Shown piece by piece: positions 55,693 to 64,000 of a stretch of DNA of 64,000 nt. Made by a program: the position numbers and the translations under genes. How positions within the stretch are numbered: position 1 is the first letter of the stretch; each line of letters begins with the position of its first letter. This DNA comes from Piromyces finnis finn (Eukaryota > Fungi > Neocallimastigomycota), in contig MCFH01000019.1 in NCBI GenBank assembly GCA_002104945.1, positions 248,001 through 312,000 on the forward strand. Direction: 5' to 3'. The notes beneath the pieces were generated by a model. The model made no database searches, had not been told where the DNA came from, and was given only the letters and a program-made list of their open reading frames with translations.

Positions 55693-58505
55693 CCTCCCTC
55701 TTGGGAACGTGCCTTCATTTATTTTATAAATGGAGTTTCTCAAGGGGTTCTATTCATGCTCCAAGTGGTGTAAGTCTTGATTTGGAGCATTGGTATGAAG
55801 AACCAACGAATAAACGTTTTTCACTTCCTATGCTTGATGAATGGGATATTAACCAAGATATTAGTATTGATGAAGTCAAGTCAGCTATCCTCTCTACTCC
55901 AAATTATAAAGCATCAGGTCCGGATGGTATTCCAATTGAATTTTACAAAGCATTAATTCCATCAAGTAATGATTCTATTAATGCTACAGATAATAATTCT
56001 TCCAGTAATACCACTTCAGATAATGATGCTCATGGCTTAAATTTTATTCTTAAATTATTCAACCGTATTTGGGATGGTAACTTCCCCAGCTCTTGGAATG
56101 AATCCAGTATTGTTTCTATTCCTAAGAAGGGAGATTTGACAGATTGTGATAACTATCGAGGTATATCACTTATCAATAATGGTATTAAGTTGATTTCAAA
56201 AATTGTCACCACTAGAATCTCAGAATATGGTCTAAAGAATAATTTCATTAGATCTGAACAATTTGGTTTTCGAAAAAAGGAAGAAAGTATTAGTCTTTTC
56301 ATTTCAATCCAAGAAATATGCCGTAGACGTCAATTAGATAATAAAGAGACATATTTGGCCTTTTTAGATCTCAGGAAAGCATACGATTCAGTCCCAATCG
56401 GTAATATTCTCCATAAATTAGATTGTTTAGGAATCCGAGGTAAGAGTTTACAATTCATCAAAAATTTATATTTAACATCTAAGGCTAATGTCAAATTAGA
56501 TGGACAATTCTCGAAATCTTTTGATGTGAAGAAAGGAGTCCGTCAAGGTTGCCCTCTTTCTCCTATTCTCTTTAATCTCTTTATTAATGATATATTTAAA
56601 GAGTGCGAAGATCTTGGAGTCAGTTTAGGTGATACTCGATGCTGTGGTGGACTTTTTGCAGATGATATAGTTATTTGTGCTCCAACAAGAGGATGCTTAA
56701 AAAAGATGCTTAGAAGAGTTAATGAATGGGCATTGTATAATGAAATGGAATTTGGTATCCAGAAGTGTTCAACGATGGTGATTCGTCCTGAATCAATAGA
56801 AAATCAGAACAAGAGAGATCCAACATTTTACTTAGCAGGACAACCCATTCCAACTACTGATTGTTATACTTATCTTGGTGTTCCATTTGATAAGAATCTG
56901 TTCCTTACCACCAGTTATTAAAGCTCTTAATAACAAGGTTTTGAAAGGACTTTTCTCAGTCAGTAAATTCTTAAGAAATCCTAATATTCTTATTCCCTTC
57001 AAAAAACTAGTACTTAACTCACAAGTAATCAGCAGAGTTTCATACTTTGCACCATTACTTGGATCCAACAAAGTTAGGTCTAGGATTGCTCAGAAGCATG
57101 TTAACAAAGGAATACGATGGGTTGCCGGAGTTCATAAAGCTGTATCGTTTGTATCTTTATACTCTATCTCAAAAGATTTGAATATTCCTCCATTGTCAGC
57201 CAAATGTGCGTTTGCTCAGGTTAGATGTTTTAACAAATGGAAAAACTCAAATTGTATTATCTCATACCTTGTCAATTACATTCCTAAATTTAGAAAATAC
57301 ACGTGGTGCAAATCAAGTAGGACACTTGATAAAAAACTAAAGAAACATGGAGATGTTAAAGCAGTTAAAAACTTTTATTGGAAAGATCTCAAAGGAAATT
57401 CAATCAAAGCGCAATATTATGATGATAATAAATTTATTGAAACTAAAGATTTTATTAAATTATGTTATGAGTACCCAGAGTTTGCCTATGGCTTCTTCTA
57501 CTGGCTATTGAAAGCAAGAAGCGGATACAAGTTGGATGCTAGAGTTGCCAAAGCTGCTAAATTTGTTGATCCAGTTTGTCCTAACTACTGTCCATGTTGC
57601 AAGTGTGGAGATCAAAGTATTAAACATTGGTTATTAGATTGTCCAACATTTAGAGATATCCGTATTAAACATTATGATTCCATAGTCCAGCTACTAAATT
57701 TTTTCAGTCAACGTAATTCCAATAGTCCTATCAATAATAATGAAAATGTTAATATCAGCAGAGATAGCAATAACAGTAATAGTAATAGTAATAATAGTAA
57801 TAATAACAATAGTAGTAATAGAAATAATAATATTAGTAATGATAGCAATAGTGAAGATAATAATTCTAATTTAGATAGTAATTTAGTTAATGATAGTAAT
57901 AGTTCTAATAATCCGGTGAATATTAATGTGTATGATTATTCTAGTGTGTGCAGTAAAATATTTAAATTCCTTCTTGGGGGAAGAAGTTTTAACAATATTA
58001 ATTACAATTCAAAAGAATGGAAAGAACTTTGTAAGCGTCAGATTCAATTTGGTACTAATGAAGGAACACCATTCTTGACGGTAACCGCGGAACTTCTAAC
58101 CAAAATCATGCCTTTTGCTATTGGCCAGCAATGGTCAATGTTCAAAAGGTTTGAAGCAACATCCAAGAGCGTCAATGCTGAAGAAACAGTAAGACAGGCC
58201 AGGAGGGCCAGCGCAACCAATGGAGATCATAATTTTGTTCCATGACAAAATTTTGATCTTTGGCTCGGTGTCCCATTGGAAGTCAAATACAATTATTATA
58301 CTTTAGTATGATAGTGGCTTTCTTACTTTAATTACTAGAATACATTATACCCAATTTTTATTCATTTGTGTTTATTTAAACATATTTTTTTTATTTTTAT
58401 TTTTATTTTTAATTTTTTATTACATGTATTATAATTTTAATTAAATTAATAATAAAGTTTAAAATATTTGATGCCGTTAAAAAAAAAAAAAAAAAAAAAA
58501 AAAAA
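55693..58505 (+). mobile_element. 5'-truncated non-LTR (LINE) retrotransposon with RT, CCHC knuckle, 3' UTR and poly(A); frameshifted
   Basis: KASGPDGIP, PKKGDLTDCDNYRGISL, FLDLRKAYD, GVRQGCPLSPILFNLFIND, LFADD and YTYLG. A +1 frameshift lies near 56901. CPCC...KHWLLDC follows. Stop at 58245 and a poly(A) run at about 58479-58505. No endonuclease domain is visible. Confidence 0.93.
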
Positions 58506-59010
58506 GCATGTTTAAAAATCTTTGCTAAAGATTTATCAATATTTGTCACTAGCAAAATAGATTATTATTATTATTAGTAATAGTAGTAGTAAGATTAGAA
58601 TAAGAGGAAATATTTTATAGATGTTAAATTGAATTAAAGAATTTTTAATGGATACAAAGAAATTAGCATAGGATATCCTAAAGTAAGGTTAATATTAATA
58701 AAAATTATATAAACATGCAAAGGTATTTTGCTTTTGTTACCCTTAAAAGAGACATAGTTACACCTGTCGTTTACCTCTCACAAAAATTAAAAAAAAAAAA
58801 AAGGAAAGGAAAGCATTATTATGTCTATTTATTTCTTAATTTATCAATAATCTTTCATGAAATATTACTAAAAATTTGAATTTTTATTTTTTTTTTTTTT
58901 TTTTTTTTTTTTGAATAGTATAAAAAATAAATTGTATAATTTTTCAGTAGAGACTCTTCCCTGTTAACTTTTAAAAATGAAATAAATACCGAGAAAATAG
59001 TAAAATGACT

Positions 59011-59983
59011 CTTTTTTTTTTTTTGGTGAAGAATTAAAGCATCAAATATTTTAAACTTTATTATTAATTTAATTAAAATTATAATACATGTAACATAAAA
59101 AATTAAAAAATAAAAATAAAAATAAAAAAAATATATTTTAATAAACACAAATGAATAAAAATTGGGTATAATGTATTCTAGTAATTAAAGTAAGAAAGCC
59201 ACTATCATACTAAAGTATAATAATTGTATTTGACTTCCAATGGGACACCGAGCCAAAGATCAAAATTTTGTCATGGGACAAAATTATGATCTCCATTGGT
59301 TGCGCTGACCCTCCTGGCCTGTCTTACTGTTTCTTCAGCATGGACGCTCTTGGATGTTGCTTCAAACCTTTTGAACATTGACCATTGCTGGCCAATAGCA
59401 AAAGGCATGATTTTGGTTAGAAGTTCCGCAGTTACCGTCAAGAATGGTGTTCCTTCGTTAGTGCCCAATTGAATCTGACACTTGCAAAATTCTTTCCATT
59501 CCCTTGAATTGTAATTGATATTGTTAAAACTTCTTCCCCCAAGAAGGAATTTAAATATTTTATTGCACACACTAGAATAATCATACATATTAATATTCAC
59601 CGGATTATTAGAACTATTACTATCATTAACTAAATTACTATCTAAATTAGAATTATTATCTTCACTATTGCTATCATTACTAATATTATTATTTCTATTA
59701 TTGTTATTATTACTATTGTTACTATTACTAATGTTACTATTACTATTGTTATTACTACTATTGTTACTATTACTATTAATGTTATTACTATCTCTACTGA
59801 TATAAACAATTTCATTATTATTGATAGGACTGTTGGAATTGCGTTGACTGAAAAAATTTAATAGATGGACTATGGAATCGTAATGTTTAATACGGATATC
59901 TCTAAATGTTGGACAATCTAATAGCCAATGCTTAATATTTTGAACACCACTCTTGCAACATGGACATGTAATTGACAAGGTAT
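59011..59983 (-). mobile_element. Inverted, heavily 5'-truncated second copy of the same LINE (CCHC, C-terminus, 3' UTR)
   Basis: The reverse complement of 59039-59965 matches 57590-58474 with scattered substitutions and an indel in the Asn tract. ORF 59271..59978 is near-identical to the C-terminus of ORF 56875..58245. A T-run at 59011-59024 may be its poly(A). Confidence 0.93.
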
Positions 59984-60838
59984 ATTGTGGTGTAATTGTT
60001 ATTTTTTTTTTTTTTTTTCTTTAATTATAAATATATAATAAAAAGATATTGAAATAAGATTTAAAAATATAGATTGTTTTTTTAATATTTATTAGTTTTG
60101 CTTTGTTTTTTATATTTATTCTTTTCTTTTAAAAAGTACATTATTTTATTCTCTCTATATAATAAAAGAAAAAAAAAAAAACTAAATTCTTTAAAAAATT
60201 AAAATTTACATAATTTGTTTTTTTTTTTTTTTTTTTTTTGGTTTTTAAATTCCTTTGTTTTTTATAATTATTATTTTTTTATAAAGAGGGAATACTTTTT
60301 TATTTATAATTATTTATAATTTTTAAAACTATGATTAAGTATTTATATATATTTATGTTTTATTTTTTTTTTACTATTTAAAAAAATTAATTTAATTAAA
60401 ATAATGCTTCATAAGCAAATTATTTGTAATTTTATATTATTAAAATATGGTTAATTTTTTACTTTTTATTATTAAACTCTATTTCAATTATCTAATTTAT
60501 ATTTATATATTAAATATATTTTATTAAAAATAATCTTTTCTTAAAAAAACTTTAAAAAAAAATAATTTTCAAATATATTTAAATATACTACTAGTAAATA
60601 TACTAATACTTTCATTAGAAGAAACTACTAGAAAAATTATTTTTTTTCCAATTTATTATTATATTAAACTAGTCAATATATTTATATTTATAATTACGAA
60701 TAGTTATATTTACTTTAATTAATCATTAATTTTTTTAAGGCGAAAAAAAAGGGAGAAAAAAGGTAATTTATTTTATATATACAATAATTTTTTAAATAAA
60801 AAATTATTTAATATGTATATCCTCTATTAATTATTAAT

Positions 60839-62363
60839 TTACCAGTGTTGAGCACCATGAGTCTTAGTTGGGTATGGGTCATCATATAAAGCAACACGTG
60901 GTAAACCATCTTCACTACTTAAAGTGAAAGTGTATGAAGCTGGTAATGGAGTGTTGGCTGGAGCATTGCTTCTGCGGCTAACACTACGAGTAACACCACG
61001 CTTAATGGTAGAAGCACCTCTAGTTAAAGAACGCTTTACAGTACCAAAGGCTTCTGGGAATTTTTGCTTTAAGTCATCATATTTTTGTGGGCTTTGACGC
61101 TTTAACATTAATAAAGCAACACCAGCAGCACCTACAACACCAAAACCAATAACACCAGCAGTAACTGGAGCGTTAGTTTCACCATCATCTTCTTCTTCAA
61201 CAACTGGAGAAACTACATTATCATTTTCCTTAACTGGTTTGTCATTGTTATTCTTTTCGACTGGCTTTGGAGTAACTGGTTTTTGAGCAATTGGCTTTTC
61301 AATTGGCTTTTCAACTGGCTTTGGAGCAACAACTGGACCAGCATTTGGACCAGCAACAATTGGACCAGTAACTGGAGTAGCTGGAGTAGCTTGAGCAACT
61401 GGGGTAATTGGAGCAACTGGAGTAACTGGAACAACCTTAGTGGTGGTTAACTTATGGATAGTAGTGGTGGTGGTAGTGGTAGTGGTAGTGGTAGTGGTGG
61501 TAGTCTTACGGGTAGTAGTTGTAGTAGTCTTACGGGTGGTAGTAGTGGTCTTGTGGGTAGTAGTCTTACGAGTAGTAGTCTTGTGGTGGTCATCATCACC
61601 CTTATCAAAAGCACCAGATTTCCATGGGTAAGATTTCATACCTCTTCCACGTTGTTTGTTTAAGTTTTTAGCAGCTTCCTTGAAGGATTCAAGGATAGTA
61701 CTCTTAGAAACACCTTGCTTTTCAGCGAAACGACTAACAGCGGAACCATTGTAGTGTGGACCATCAATAATTTCATTAGAATCCTTATCAAGGATAGCGA
61801 AAATCATATCAACAACACCAGTACCGTGTCTAGCAAGCATTCCGAAAGCTTCAGAAGAAAGATCGACTTGAGTTTCATCACAGGAACCACATTGGTCAAC
61901 AACCTTGGCTCTAACTATTATCATAATTTTATTATTTTTTTATACATTTAATTACCCTATACCAATCAAACTTTTAATAAAATTTTTAAAAATCTATTGA
62001 AAATGATACATACTAACTTTGTAGTCACCAGTAGCCTTGTCATCAATAATCATACCAACATAGTAGTTATCACAGTATTTGTATGGCTTGCTTTTGAAAT
62101 ATTTTTCATGCTATTTTTTTTTTTTTAATTATTATTATAATTATTTATTGTTAATTATTATTCCTAATTTTAAACATAATTTTTTATTTTTTACTTACTA
62201 AAGCAACAAATAATCTGTTATCTGGAAGACTAATTTCACACTTTGGATTCTTTTCAGTGTGACATTCATCTGGACAACCATAGAAAGTTGAGGAATATGG
62301 ATAATATGTACCAACAACTGAACCAACAAATATGGTGAATAAAGCAAAAATAAAAGATTTCAT
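60839..62363 (-). CDS. Signal peptide, RlpA-like DPBB (expansin/loosenin-like) domain, Thr/Pro linker, TM helix and cytoplasmic tail; 3 exons
   Basis: ATG at 62363 (MKSFIFALFTIFVGSVVG), TFYGCPDEC, LFVAL, YC, RAKVVDQCGSCDETQVDLSSEAFGML (DPBB core). Then a poly-Thr/KT linker, PV/PK repeats, TM segment AGVIGFGVVGAAGVALLML and a basic tail. Confidence 0.82.
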
Positions 62364-64000
62364 CTTTTTTTATTATATATATTATATTAATTTATATTTT
62401 TTTATATATTATTTTTATTTGTTTATTTTTTTTTAAGTAAATCTCCCTTTTTTTATTATTTTTATTATTATTAATTAATTTCTTTTTAGATTCCAAAAAA
62501 AAAAAAAAAGGTTCAAAATATTTTTTTAATATTATTTAAAAAAAATTAAAATATAGAAAGGAAATAGGCCTTTATTTATATAATTATGATAAATAAATAT
62601 AATTAATAATAATAATAATTTTTTTTTTTTTTAAATATATTTATAATCAATAGAAATGAATATATAAAGTCGTATTATTAAAAGATATTAACAAATATTC
62701 ATAAATATTCATGTATATTATATATTAATATATATTAAAATTTAATAGGTAATATTGATTTTTAATTTATATTTTATATTAGAATATATAGTTATAATAA
62801 ATTTAATTAAAAATTAATATTTCCAATATATTGTTTGTTCTATATTTTTTTTATACATTTTTAAATAGCATTTCTATTCGTTAACAAATAATTCATTCAT
62901 TATAAACTATATTTATAATAAATCATCTAATTTAAAACTATATATTAAAAGTTAAAATATTAATAAAGGGTTTTTTTATTTTATATTAATATTGTATTAC
63001 AAAATAATATAAAAATATATTTAACAAATTAATATGTTATATATTTGTGTAATATATTGATTTATTGATTTATATTAATAATATATTTTTTATGTAATAA
63101 TTATTAAAATAAAATAAATTTATTATTATTTAAAGTTTCAATAAAAATTCTTTAAAAAAAATAATATATATAATTAATATATTTCTATATATATTTCGAT
63201 TAATATATATTATAGTATATATAATTAATATATTCTAATATACAATTTAATTTAAAACTAAAAAATTTTAATTTTTAAAAAGAAAAATTTAAATCTTTTT
63301 GTGTCACCTAGAATAGTAGCACCACCATCATAAATAATAGGAATGAAACAAAAAAAAACAGAAAATTATAATATAAAAATGTGGGTAGTTTTCTTTTTCG
63401 TTTCCCTATACTTTAGGCTTATATGAAAATAAAAGCATCGCAGAACCATCATATTGTAGGATAAAAAAATAATATTTATGGATAAATGAATTCCATTTTA
63501 AATTATAGGTAAATTATGGGAATAGAATCATAATTTATATAACATGCATAGTATTAAATATATTCTTTTCTTTTATATTTAACTTAATATTATTCATTAT
63601 AAATAGTTTTTTTTCTTTTTTAATCTGACATTACTACTTTATAAAATGCATTCTTTTCTTTACTAATTCAATGTTTGCCGTCGTTAAAATCAGTTCTTTT
63701 TTATCAAAATTGTAAAGGATAAGTGAGGATGCTTTATTTTAGGGTTAGATTTAAAGTATATTAAAAGGGGTGGTTTTTTTATTTTTTTTTTTTTTTTGAT
63801 TTAGAAAAAGCCTTTTATGTTATTAATAATACTCTCACATATATTAGAAATAAATGTTAATTTTTAAAATTTCTTAGTATAAAATTTGGTAAACATTATT
63901 AATTATATTTTATATATTTTAAAAAAAACAAATAATTTAATGAAATATATTGCATGATGATTCTTTATAATATATTATTAATTAAAGTTTAAACTTTATA

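Noticed and set aside
58620-58790. Possible mini-exons in the spacer between the inverted LINEs
   Set aside because: The best splice (MSLLR joined to DILC) stops immediately; no supportable gene.
55432-59999. 14 nt near-direct repeat TGTG(T/G)TGTAATTGT at 55432 and 59986 flanking the LINE composite as a possible target-site duplication
   Set aside because: It has one mismatch, low complexity, and the left copy is about 85 bp from the first recognisable LINE sequence. The opposite orientations of the two copies also argue for separate insertions.
61213-61951. Several short ORFs overlapping the DPBB gene
   Set aside because: Alternate-frame or antisense shadows of its repetitive Thr/Pro linker.

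Overview
Extremely AT-rich, intron-rich eukaryotic DNA. The bacterial-type pyruvate formate-lyase activating enzyme, poly-A/T intergenic tracts and short GT-AG introns point to an anaerobic gut fungus (Neocallimastigomycota); this is an inference. I reconstructed 13 spliced protein-coding genes by hand: pflA, a PMP47-type carrier, SKI3, an atypical G-alpha, RRP42, an Abp1/drebrin-like protein with about 27 NPL motifs, an ApgM-derived probable pseudo-enzyme ending KFGA, a GCIP/CCNDBP1-like protein, an LPAAT/LCLAT-type acyltransferase, a CitT/DiT-type DASS transporter, PHO81, a small Cys-rich GPI-type protein and a membrane-anchored RlpA/DPBB protein. At 55.5-60 kb is a composite non-LTR retrotransposon locus: a diverged LINE fragment fused to a 5'-truncated, frameshifted RT copy, followed by an inverted 3' copy that makes about 0.9 kb arms around a 564 bp spacer. 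Large simple and compound repeat arrays cluster at 36.7-41.7 kb. No rRNA, tRNA or CRISPR array was seen. Exon boundaries and homologies come from manual translation and recalled family motifs, not from database searches.
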